A stretch of 29,255 bases of DNA from a virus (lineage: Duplodnaviria > Caudoviricetes), in IMG/VR virus record IMGVR_UViG_3300032225_000466, positions 1 to 29,255 of that record; one strand, given 5' to 3'. The position numbers and the translations under genes are program-made. Under the pieces are notes generated by a model. That model was not told where the DNA came from. It was given only the letters and a program-made list of their open reading frames with translations, and ran no database searches. Position 1 is the first letter of the stretch. Each line of letters starts with the position of its first letter. Of this stretch, positions 7,155-15,147 are shown piece by piece.

Positions 7155-8039
7155 TTAGTTGGGTGGCGTGCCAAAGTATTGGCTGAAATTAATGGTTGGC
7201 GCCACGCGGCGCACCAAAATGTCGGGAGCACCGCCGCCTGCCTTTAGGCTTCCGTCATTATTCAACGGCTGCGGATTTGCGCTTGGCACTTTTTCGTTGT
7301 TGTTCTCTGCGTCCAGAACGTACACGCGCTTTTTGGCACCACCCACGGCGTCAATGAAGTTCCAGCCGACGTTGGGTATCTGCAGCGGCCATCCATCTGG
7401 GCGATACTTCAGCGTCACCTCAACCTGCCAGTAACGCAATTCCTGTTCGTTCACTACCTCAACGGCAGGCTGTCCGCTGATGCCTTCACATTTCCAGCAC
7501 CATTTAGCACCGCCAAGATACGGAGCGTCATTCAGCGCGTTCTGTGCCAGGGTGGCTAAACCAAAGTCAAACGTTGCGCGATTGCCACTGATGTGGGCCT
7601 CGAGCACCGACACGTCAGTTGTGACGCCTTCAAAGTAGTCGTTGGCCGTATTTTGCAGCGGCCTAATGTCGCCGTTGCCGTCGCCGTCGTAGTAGTAGAG
7701 CGCCGGAACCGCCAAACCGCTGGTGGTGAACTTCCAAATGTCTGGCCGGCTAAGCGGGTTTCTGTCGGTGTTGGCCTGCTTGGGCAACTCATACGACCAC
7801 TCAACCAGATAATGCCAGCGGCTACCGTTGTAGTTGCTGACCTTCGTGTCAAACGCAACGCAATACGCAGCCTCTGGGTGTGGGTCCAGAAACACAATGC
7901 CCACGGAATTCACAATGTCCGTTTGCGCCGTGGTGGGGCTGTCTACCTCAACAACAAACTGACGAGTGAACGTTGGCGCTTCGCCAAACTTTCTCCCCGC
8001 CGATACGGTTGCCAGTTCCGTTGTGCTAATAATTGCCAT
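7155..8039 (-). CDS. putative distal tail / hub protein
   Basis: First gene after the tape measure (TAATG overlap); beta-rich aromatic sequence. Confidence 0.7.
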   Translation of the reverse strand: MAIISTTELATVSAGRKFGEAPTFTRQFVVEVDSPTTAQTDIVNSVGIVFLDPHPEAAYCVAFDTKVSNYNGSRWHYLVEWSYELPKQANTDRNPLSRPDIWKFTTSGLAVPALYYYDGDGNGDIRPLQNTANDYFEGVTTDVSVLEAHISGNRATFDFGLATLAQNALNDAPYLGGAKWCWKCEGISGQPAVEVVNEQELRYWQVEVTLKYRPDGWPLQIPNVGWNFIDAVGGAKKRVYVLDAENNNEKVPSANPQPLNNDGSLKAGGGAPDILVRRVAPTINFSQYFGTPPN

Positions 8040-10192
8040 TACGCCGCCGCCCCCAAGATTTCTACGGGCGCCTGCTGCAATGCTCGAAGTTCCCGCACCA
8101 TTTCGGTCAACTTGGCGTTGGCCTTGCGGTTTTCTTCCAATGCTGGATCTTCACGGCCGGTCATCAAAGCCATAAAAGTCTTGATGCCTTCAGACGAGCG
8201 CACGTCATTGCCTTGCAGCGCTTCGTTGGATTTGGTTTTGAGCGCGGCAATATTGTCTTCTTTAAACTTAGATGCTTTGGCAACGTTTTCTTCTGCTTGG
8301 GCAACGTCTTCGGCGTGCTGTTCTGCCGATTCGTATTTTTTCCTTAATTTGTCGGCTTCGCGTGCGTATTCAGTTTCGTTAATGCGACCGTCTTCTAAAG
8401 CGGAATCAAGAGACATCAAACCGGCCATATATGCTTCTGCGGCTTTTTGGCCAATTTCGCCAAACTTTTGAGCGTCTTCCGTTGCGGCATAAAACGCTTC
8501 CGTTTGTTTTGTTCTTGCGGCCATAGCGGATTGCTCCGCTTTGGCATCCTCTTCAGCCATTTGTTGCACCGCGTTGTTGCGTTCTTCGATTGCGGCAATT
8601 TGTGCATCAAAAGCAGTTTTTGCTTCGCCTGCAGCGGCGGCAAAAGACGTTTCGTTTAATATTCCGGCTTCTAGCTGAGCCTCAAGTTTTTGCAATTGAT
8701 TTTGATATTCAACTGCAGCATCAAACCCCGCTTGCCCAAACTCTGAAGATTTGTCAATTGCACCAGACAGAACAGATCGCTGACGCTCAATAGCTTTGTT
8801 GACGTTTTCTATTTCTCTGGCTTCTTCGGCAGCCGCTGCTGCGGCTTCTTTTGCTGCAGCATCAGCATTTCCTGCATTCGCGGCAACAGGGTTAGTTGCG
8901 GACGCCTGCGCTTTTTGTCCACCAGCAAAAGCGCGTCCAATAATTGGCACCTTGCTCATGTAGGCATAAAAATCCTTAATTTTCTCGCTGGCCCAATCAA
9001 TCCGCGACCCAATGAAATCAAAAGCAGCGTTCATGCCGCTGCGAATCGTGTCAACTACGTTGGTTAAGCCAACAATGAATGGCGACAAAAACGTGTGCAG
9101 GGCCGCCCCGGCAACCTTCAGAATGATGCCAACCACATCGCCAAGAACGCCAATCAGTTTCAGCACAAATTCAATGGCCGTGCCAAACAACGTCAGCACG
9201 GGAGCCAGCACCTGGCCGATTGGAGCCAGAATCGACGTGATGCCTTCCGTGATGCTGCTGATTCCATCAGTCAGACCCGCCAAACCAGAATTTATGGCGG
9301 CAAATGCACCGACAAACGGCGTCACAAACACATCGCCAAACGCCGAAAACGCATCGCTGGATCGCTTGCCGGCCGCATCTACTTCTTCTAGGGCAAACGC
9401 CAAATTGTCCAGCTGATCTACGCGGATGTCTCCAAGGTCAGCCTTAAGTGCGGCCAAGTTGCCGTTTAACTCGCCAACACCTCGAGCAAGCTCATACGCC
9501 CGATCTTTGGCGTCAAGAAATGCAGTGCCTAGGTTGTACGCCAAGAGCGCGCCGCCAACGAGCGGGTTAGTGAGGCCCAGCACCGCAGCAGCAGCCGTCC
9601 CGGCGGCACCGCCACCAATCGCCAGACCAACACCCATGGCCTTTGCGGCCAGCACAAGCGTGCGCGCCGTCATGGTGGCTTTTAAAGCGCCTACGGCGAA
9701 ATCTTTTAGCCCTGCCGGGCTGCGCAGCGCGCTAAACACTTTCCACTGCAGGTATGTCCACGCAACGTCTTTGCCAAACGCGATCACAGACACGCCGGCA
9801 TCTGCCACTGACTTGGTAGCGTTTCCAACGCCTTCGATGGCGCCGGAAAGGCCGTTGATGACGCGTGCGGCGCCGCTCGCAGCCCTAGCCATGTCTTCGG
9901 CACTGCTGGTGGCTTTTTTTAGTTCTGCGTCAGCCTTGGTCACGGCCCTGGCGTACACCTCTTGCGACAAAAGCCCCTTGGCAAGCATCTTGTCTAGCTT
10001 GCCAATCGTGTCTGCGTAGACTTCTGTTGGTGTTCGCAATTCCTTGGTGATCTTGGCAGCTTCGCGGAATTCCGCCGACGCGCGTTGCGCGCCGTTGCCA
10101 ACATTTTCCAGTTTCTTGACGGCCTCCTTAACGCCGGCATCCATGCCGCTGGCGTTAGCGCTCAGTTGAAATGCCAGATCCATTTTGGCCAT
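8039..10192 (-). CDS. tail tape measure protein
   Basis: 717 aa, Ala-rich and helical with a hydrophobic repeat segment; follows the G/G-T chaperones. Confidence 0.9.
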   Translation of the reverse strand: MAKMDLAFQLSANASGMDAGVKEAVKKLENVGNGAQRASAEFREAAKITKELRTPTEVYADTIGKLDKMLAKGLLSQEVYARAVTKADAELKKATSSAEDMARAASGAARVINGLSGAIEGVGNATKSVADAGVSVIAFGKDVAWTYLQWKVFSALRSPAGLKDFAVGALKATMTARTLVLAAKAMGVGLAIGGGAAGTAAAAVLGLTNPLVGGALLAYNLGTAFLDAKDRAYELARGVGELNGNLAALKADLGDIRVDQLDNLAFALEEVDAAGKRSSDAFSAFGDVFVTPFVGAFAAINSGLAGLTDGISSITEGITSILAPIGQVLAPVLTLFGTAIEFVLKLIGVLGDVVGIILKVAGAALHTFLSPFIVGLTNVVDTIRSGMNAAFDFIGSRIDWASEKIKDFYAYMSKVPIIGRAFAGGQKAQASATNPVAANAGNADAAAKEAAAAAAEEAREIENVNKAIERQRSVLSGAIDKSSEFGQAGFDAAVEYQNQLQKLEAQLEAGILNETSFAAAAGEAKTAFDAQIAAIEERNNAVQQMAEEDAKAEQSAMAARTKQTEAFYAATEDAQKFGEIGQKAAEAYMAGLMSLDSALEDGRINETEYAREADKLRKKYESAEQHAEDVAQAEENVAKASKFKEDNIAALKTKSNEALQGNDVRSSEGIKTFMALMTGREDPALEENRKANAKLTEMVRELRALQQAPVEILGAAA

Positions 10193-10496
10193 TCGACAAC
10201 TCGCTTAACTTGGAAAGTTCTGCCGCTATTTCGGCCACAGTCATCGGTGGTTTGTGAATCGGTATGAAATCGTCTGGGTGCGGCGGTTTGCCTTTGCAGT
10301 ACGGCGCAGCCGACATTGCCGCTAAAACGCCGGTCTGTCTCCACGGCCGTGGGATCGGCTCAAAAAACCGATCTAGGGCCATCCACTCTCGCAATTCCCC
10401 GACCGTCATTCGCGTGCCAAGCTCTGCAGCTGTCATGCCTAGATGGCCTGCCAACAACAACACAAACACGCGATCAGGCCGGGCCTTTAGTTTTTT
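10155..10496 (-). CDS. tail assembly chaperone T-extension (G-T fusion via -1 frameshift)
   Basis: The -1 frame is open from the slippery site: KLKARPDRVFVLLLAGHLGMTAAELGTRMTVGELREW. Confidence 0.8.
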   Translation of the reverse strand, partial: KKLKARPDRVFVLLLAGHLGMTAAELGTRMTVGELREWMALDRFFEPIPRPWRQTGVLAAMSAAPYCKGKPPHPDDFIPIHKPPMTVAEIAAELSKLSELSNGQNGSGISTER

Positions 10497-10849
10497 GCTG
10501 TTTCCTCCACGCTGGAATCAGACAGGTTGTTGTGATCCATCGCCAGTTTCCACAGGCGATTGACCACCTTTGCTGACTTGGTCGCCAGTTTGGTTACGTC
10601 CCCGTTGTCAAACAGTCGATTGCCAGATTCATCAACCAAACAACGCACCAAGAACTTGGTGCGAAAATCGTCCACTCCGGTTTCCTTTTTCCTCAGCCAT
10701 TCGTTTTCGTAGGCGTCTCGCTCTCCAACACTCATGACGCGAATAAACACAATTCCAGGTTTGCCTTCAGCGTCTTTCCATTCCGGCACTTCGACTCGCA
10801 GTGAATTTGCATCATCAGCGCCGAAAATTTGATCTTTCGTCAAACCCAT
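10487..10849 (-). CDS. tail assembly chaperone (gpG-like)
   Basis: MGLTKDQIF...VEVPEW...VFIRVMSVGERD...FLVRCLVDESGNRLF...EETAKN; ends at the slippery site. Confidence 0.85.
   Translation of the reverse strand: MGLTKDQIFGADDANSLRVEVPEWKDAEGKPGIVFIRVMSVGERDAYENEWLRKKETGVDDFRTKFLVRCLVDESGNRLFDNGDVTKLATKSAKVVNRLWKLAMDHNNLSDSSVEETAKN
10490..10496 (-). other. programmed -1 ribosomal frameshift heptamer A AAA AAC
   Basis: GCA AAA AAC TAA at the end of G; the -1 frame continues into the T ORF. Confidence 0.8.
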
Positions 10850-10851
10850 AA

Positions 10852-11208
10852 CTAGCGGCCTCCCAGTTTGAATGTGGCTGTGTATTCCTGAAGCGCGCCT
10901 GTTGACGCAGACCATTCCAAAGTTTGGAAAATGGCGTGCGCGTCAGACCACGAAACGCCAGGGCCATTTATTGATAACGCACCAGTCAACGTTACGTTTC
11001 CTGGCACCATCAACGCCGTACCGCGAACGCGCACCGTCAATAAGCCGGGGTCGGCATCGCCAGCCGAAAACATTTTTGCTTTTGCCAACGACGTGCGCGG
11101 AGTCACATCAAGCACATCAGCAGAAATGCCCGACACCGTGGCGCTTACAACTTCACCAAGCGCCGTTCCGCCCCACGTTACGGTAATGCCCTGCGAAAAG
11201 AACGCCAC
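10852..11208 (-). CDS. tail tube-like protein 2
   Basis: SQGITVTWGG...DVLDVT...ATFKL; immediately upstream of the chaperone. Confidence 0.65.
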   Translation of the reverse strand: MAFFSQGITVTWGGTALGEVVSATVSGISADVLDVTPRTSLAKAKMFSAGDADPGLLTVRVRGTALMVPGNVTLTGALSINGPGVSWSDAHAIFQTLEWSASTGALQEYTATFKLGGR

Positions 11209-11226
11209 GGCCGACCTCGGGTGTCA

Positions 11227-11553
11227 CTACACCTTAAAGGTGGCGTTGCCCTTGACCAGTTCGCCAACGGCGTAGGTAATTGACCCGTCAGATACGACGG
11301 CCGTGTAGGTCGTGCCACCAAACGTCAGCGTTCCAGACGTGCCAATGGCGATAACGCCCGCACCGTAGTAGTCAACCGTAATTTCATTGTCTTTTAGCGC
11401 TGGCGAAACGTAAGTGCGACTGCTGCCGCTGGCGATGGCGAGGTTCGAAGTGTCCAGCAGATCGCCACCGGCGCTCACGGTCACGTTGGTGGCGGCGTAG
11501 CTGCTGCCAGCAAACACAAAACTGTTGCCCTGTGAATCGAAAATCGCTGGCAT
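11227..11553 (-). CDS. tail tube-like protein 1, probable major tail protein
   Basis: SQGNSFVFAG...DLLDTS...ATFKV; own promoter motif and AGGAG SD. Confidence 0.7.
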   Translation of the reverse strand: MPAIFDSQGNSFVFAGSSYAATNVTVSAGGDLLDTSNLAIASGSSRTYVSPALKDNEITVDYYGAGVIAIGTSGTLTFGGTTYTAVVSDGSITYAVGELVKGNATFKV

Positions 11554-11595
11554 GGCAAAATCGCTCCTGTGGTGTTTGGGCTGTGCCCTACGTGT

Positions 11596-11626
11596 TTTTT
11601 AGCGGTGCCGGCCGCAATCCTTGCAG
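11596..11626 (-). promoter_or_regulatory. late-promoter motif CTGCAAG-N18-TAAAAA
   Basis: Intergenic, upstream of the tail tube gene; same motif and spacing as four other sites. Confidence 0.65.
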
Positions 11627-11628
11627 CG

Positions 11629-12213
11629 TCAGCCGGCGGCTTTTTTTAGGGCTTGATCGGCAAGGTTCTCCATTTCAGACTTAAGATTTGCTGTCATTTG
11701 CCCAAGCGTGGATTCATACGCTCTCGTCACCGGGTGAAAGGCTGGCATTTTTCCGACCACGCCACCAGGCATACGCCGCACAAAGTTTTGCGGGTATTGG
11801 GCCGGGCCAGTCCATTTGCCGCGCTTTTCAAATGAAGAAAACACCTTGGCCCGTTTAAGCTTGCGCTTTTTAGTGCCAAACTCCACCAAATGGGAATGCT
11901 GGGCCACTCCTTTCACGAATCCCACCAGCGCCACGCCAACGCCATACGGGCCGTTTTGGTATGTCTCCGTTTTGACAGCAACGGCCGCCTGGAGGTGGCC
12001 AGTGACGCGGCCAAGTTTGCTGACATTCATTCGCAAGGCTGCTAGGCCGGGCGCAGCTGCTCGCCGGCACGCTTCAGCCTGTGCGAAAGCGCTGATGTGC
12101 AGCGGAATCTTTTTCAAGGCCAATTGAATGTGCGCCTGTTGCGGTGCGGCGGCCCTGCCAGAAGCGCGTTTTTGGTCGCTCCACTCAATGGCGACAGCCG
12201 GAACGCTCATCAC
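11629..12213 (-). CDS. HK97 gp10-like neck/tail-completion protein
   Basis: TGHLQAAV...HSHLVEFGT...MPAFHPVTRAYE pattern. Confidence 0.75.
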   Translation of the reverse strand: MMSVPAVAIEWSDQKRASGRAAAPQQAHIQLALKKIPLHISAFAQAEACRRAAAPGLAALRMNVSKLGRVTGHLQAAVAVKTETYQNGPYGVGVALVGFVKGVAQHSHLVEFGTKKRKLKRAKVFSSFEKRGKWTGPAQYPQNFVRRMPGGVVGKMPAFHPVTRAYESTLGQMTANLKSEMENLADQALKKAAG

Positions 12214-12632
12214 GTCGCCTCTGTGACGCGGAAATCAAACGACTGCTGTACGGAGTAATAAGGCAGCATTTGGTCATCAGCCGGCATTTCTACGCCGTCA
12301 GATTCGGTTTGCAGCGTGGTGCGTGTGATCGTCACGCCAGACGTGGTTCCCGTCCAGCCATCCACCGCCAGCCGTACGGCCCGCGAAAGGCTTTTAACGC
12401 TGCTGTACGATGTGCCATAGCTTGTCAGCTGAATGGTGATGATTGGTTGACCAACGTTGCCCGACAGAGACTGTGGGCGTTGCACTGCGGTGCGCTGGTA
12501 CACCACCAACGGCAACGCAGTTCCGGTGGGAGCAATTAAGGGAAACACCTTGGTTCCAATCAGCGAAGACACCGCCGTTTGGCTTGTCAGACGTTGATAC
12601 AGAAATGCTTCCGGGGCTTCCACCACGCTCAT
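12210..12632 (-). CDS. tail terminator protein (DUF3168 / SPP1 gp17-like)
   Basis: LIGTKVFPLIAP...LPLVVYQR...IQLTSYGTSY...VRLAVDG. Confidence 0.8.
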   Translation of the reverse strand: MSVVEAPEAFLYQRLTSQTAVSSLIGTKVFPLIAPTGTALPLVVYQRTAVQRPQSLSGNVGQPIITIQLTSYGTSYSSVKSLSRAVRLAVDGWTGTTSGVTITRTTLQTESDGVEMPADDQMLPYYSVQQSFDFRVTEAT

Positions 12633-12955
12633 GTTGTCACCTTCTCAGTGCAGATCGCTTCGTGAATCCATTTTCGTTCACGCTCGTTTACCTGCCCGAT
12701 TTCCAGCGTGCGTCCGTCGTAGATAATTCGCATGCTTGAGGTGAGCCCAGAAAGGTAACGCAGCGTTACCTTGTGCGTGGATAGTCCGATGGTTTCGGCG
12801 TATCTCTCGGCCTCCCGGCCGCCCAACGATTGAATGTCTGCCCAGACGGTGGCATACGTGGCCCACGTCAGCGTTGATTCGCCAACCTCGTTCTGCGTGG
12901 ATGTGGGCTGCTGCACGGTAATGCGTGCCCACAGGTCGCCGGCGTCAAGAGGCAT
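12629..12955 (-). CDS. head closure protein (SPP1 gp16-like head-tail adaptor)
   Basis: AGDLWARITVQQP...WATYATVWADIQSLGGRE...VTLRY...MRIIYDGRTLEI. Confidence 0.85.
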   Translation of the reverse strand: MPLDAGDLWARITVQQPTSTQNEVGESTLTWATYATVWADIQSLGGREAERYAETIGLSTHKVTLRYLSGLTSSMRIIYDGRTLEIGQVNERERKWIHEAICTEKVTT

Positions 12956-13635
12956 TACCGGTAGCTCCCCCAACGCATGGTGTCCAAAAGAGATTTGACC
13001 CCAAACGGCACTTCTGTCAGTGCCGCTTCTGCCGACGCTTCGCGGTTGCGCCACAGGTGTGCCACAAGCATCAGCAGGGCAACCTTGATCGACCCTGGAA
13101 CGTTTGTGCCGTCGCTTGAGTAGCCAGCCCACCACGTCACCGCCACGCTGTTTTGATCCACCAGATGGCTGGGCCACGTGTTGCCGTACAACGGCCGCAC
13201 GGCTCCAGGCGTCTGCGTCCTGTCAACACGGTATTGCGTGGTATCCAACGTGGCCGTTGTGCCGCTCACGGCCGGTGTGTATGCAATCGTCACTGCCGTA
13301 GCCGTTCCGGCCTGCACCATCGGTGGCCTAGGAAGCTCAACGTCAAGATTTGGCACCGTGCCCTGGCGGCCTTCAATGTTGTTGCCGTCAGCACGCAAAC
13401 CAAACTGCGCAGGGCTTCCAACTGGGCCGTAAAAAGAATCAGTTCGCAACGTCCACTGCGTATAGCACAGCGTGCGGTCTAGGTATTCCTCGCACCACAC
13501 GCGGGCGGCCGTGATCAACGACGCAATAAGCGTGTCTTCGCTGGTCGTATCAATGCGCAGGTGTGCCTTTGCCTCTGTCAGCGTCACAGGCTCATTGGCA
13601 GGCTCTGTGGCCCGCACCAGGCTGCGGTATCTCAT
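12955..13635 (-). CDS. head-tail connector (HK97 gp6 / phiE125 gp8-like)
   Basis: EPVTLTEAKAHLRID...LIASLITAAR...IKVALLMLVAHLWRNRE. Confidence 0.9.
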   Translation of the reverse strand: MRYRSLVRATEPANEPVTLTEAKAHLRIDTTSEDTLIASLITAARVWCEEYLDRTLCYTQWTLRTDSFYGPVGSPAQFGLRADGNNIEGRQGTVPNLDVELPRPPMVQAGTATAVTIAYTPAVSGTTATLDTTQYRVDRTQTPGAVRPLYGNTWPSHLVDQNSVAVTWWAGYSSDGTNVPGSIKVALLMLVAHLWRNREASAEAALTEVPFGVKSLLDTMRWGSYR

Positions 13636-13841
13636 TTCCTGCGTCTCCGTGGCGTAGCGTCTGCCGTGCGAACCTCTGACAGTTCAAGCGTGGCCGTCTC
13701 CAGCAGCTGCGGCTGTTCGTCCACGGCGGCAATCTGGGCGTAAATCAGCGACTTGGCCGGGCCGCGATCCATTTCAATCACGTTGCCGCGCCGGTAAACG
13801 GAATACGGACGTAGGAACCGAATGCGTATGCGATCGCTCAT
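13632..13841 (-). CDS. small head-associated hypothetical protein, 69 aa
   Basis: ATGA overlaps on both sides; IRFLRPY...GNVIEM...LIYAQIA with a basic tail. Confidence 0.7.
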   Translation of the reverse strand: MSDRIRIRFLRPYSVYRRGNVIEMDRGPAKSLIYAQIAAVDEQPQLLETATLELSEVRTADATPRRRRK

Positions 13842-14602
13842 TCTGCTGATGACTCCCCGTGTTCCACGCTGCCCCACGCTTCAGATGGGCGCCGGCCGCC
13901 CAATCGCCAATAGTCGTTCGGCGTCTGAAACACTGGCTTTAGATCCCGTCCTGGCCAAGTGATCTTCAGTTCGCAATGCCCCACGGCGATCTGCGGGGCG
14001 ATTCCCAGCGTGTTGCCGCTGGCCTTCCATTGGCGCCAAAAGTGAATGTCTGGATCTACTCGAGGTGCTTCCCCCTCGGCCACGTCACCCCAGTGGCCGT
14101 TGGCGGCCGGCGTGCCCAGAAACCACGGCGTTTGCGTTCGCTTGAGCGCTGAGGAACGCAGCAGCGTGCAGCCGAAATGGGCTGTATCCACCGGCTGAAT
14201 TGTGGCCTCAAACCACGTGTTTGGCAGCTGCACCATCCCGATCTTGTGGCCGTGGCCCTCGGGCGTGAACATCGGCACGCCTTCGTCACGTTTGGTCTGC
14301 ATAGGCGCCACGGCGTCGTATCCGCTGACCATCGCGGCCACCATCAATCGCTGCAGCGTGTCGGCCTCAAAGACGCCGTCGAAATCGCAGCACAGAATCC
14401 AATCGGTTCGGTCGATCATGTCGAGCAGAACGCGGTCCAAACACTGCTCCCAAAACGCACCGGTGAACTTGGTTGGCCTGATGCCGAATGGCAGCAGCGC
14501 CTGCATGACGCAAAAGAAATTATCGGTAAACGTCAGCCTGGGCAGGCTGAACGCAGCCTCAACTCGCAGGTCATGCTCCACCTGGCCAACACGAACTTTC
14601 AC
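13838..14602 (-). CDS. GT-A-fold glycosyltransferase-like protein inside the head operon
   Basis: WILCCDFD (DxD), VDTAHFGCTLLRSSAL, PWF, DPDIHFWRQW, VGH; GGAG SD. Confidence 0.75.
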   Translation of the reverse strand: MKVRVGQVEHDLRVEAAFSLPRLTFTDNFFCVMQALLPFGIRPTKFTGAFWEQCLDRVLLDMIDRTDWILCCDFDGVFEADTLQRLMVAAMVSGYDAVAPMQTKRDEGVPMFTPEGHGHKIGMVQLPNTWFEATIQPVDTAHFGCTLLRSSALKRTQTPWFLGTPAANGHWGDVAEGEAPRVDPDIHFWRQWKASGNTLGIAPQIAVGHCELKITWPGRDLKPVFQTPNDYWRLGGRRPSEAWGSVEHGESSAE

Positions 14603-14614
14603 GTGGTTAACTCC

Positions 14615-14650
14615 AAAAGAAACGGGCGGCAGGCAGACGCCCGCCGCCCG
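14615..14650 (-). terminator. rho-independent terminator after the capsid and decoration genes
   Basis: CGGGCGGCGGGC-GTCT-GCCTGCCGCCCG followed by TTTCTTTT. Confidence 0.8.
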
Positions 14651-14681
14651 CTCTTGGGCGTTATCGCTGTGGTGTCAACTG

Positions 14682-15113
14682 TTACAGGCTCTTGTAGTCG
14701 TTGACGCCGGCGCCGGTGGCATCGGTGGCGCCGTTTTCGCCCTTGGCGAGTCGGGCGTCAGACGAAACCGCAACCGTGTTGCCGGGGCTGGTGACCACGC
14801 TGATGTATCGCTTGCGTCCGCGCAGATCGACGTTAAAACGGGCGATCGCGCCAACGTTGGCACCGGTGGTGGAGCCGGCGCCAGCCGTTACGCTCATGCC
14901 GCTGATGTCGGCCTGGCCGCTGCCAGATGCGTCAGACTCCTGCAGCTTCAGAACGCTGGCGTATGCCGTGGTGGCCGCCGTGAAGGGCGAATACACCACG
15001 TCGATGGCCAGATACTTGAAGCCGCTGGTGTCAATTTCGTGGGTGAACGTTGCAGACGCCGCCACGCTGGCGGTGCTCTTGGAAGACGACTTGGCAAGAC
15101 CGTGATGGTTCAT
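14682..15113 (-). CDS. capsid decoration / cement-like protein
   Basis: Directly after the MCP and before the terminator; IDTSGF...KLQESD...KRYISVV beta-sandwich pattern. Confidence 0.7.
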   Translation of the reverse strand: MNHHGLAKSSSKSTASVAASATFTHEIDTSGFKYLAIDVVYSPFTAATTAYASVLKLQESDASGSGQADISGMSVTAGAGSTTGANVGAIARFNVDLRGRKRYISVVTSPGNTVAVSSDARLAKGENGATDATGAGVNDYKSL

Positions 15114-15147
15114 GCTGAATTCCTATGGGGTGAAGTTGGTGCTATGG

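Noticed and set aside
7613-7964. Additional AACTGACG/CGTCAGTT matches inside the tail gene
   Set aside because: Within coding sequence with no promoter context; consistent with chance for an 8-mer.
8212-8218. CTGCAAG in the tape measure gene
   Set aside because: No -10-like hexamer at the 18-nt spacing.
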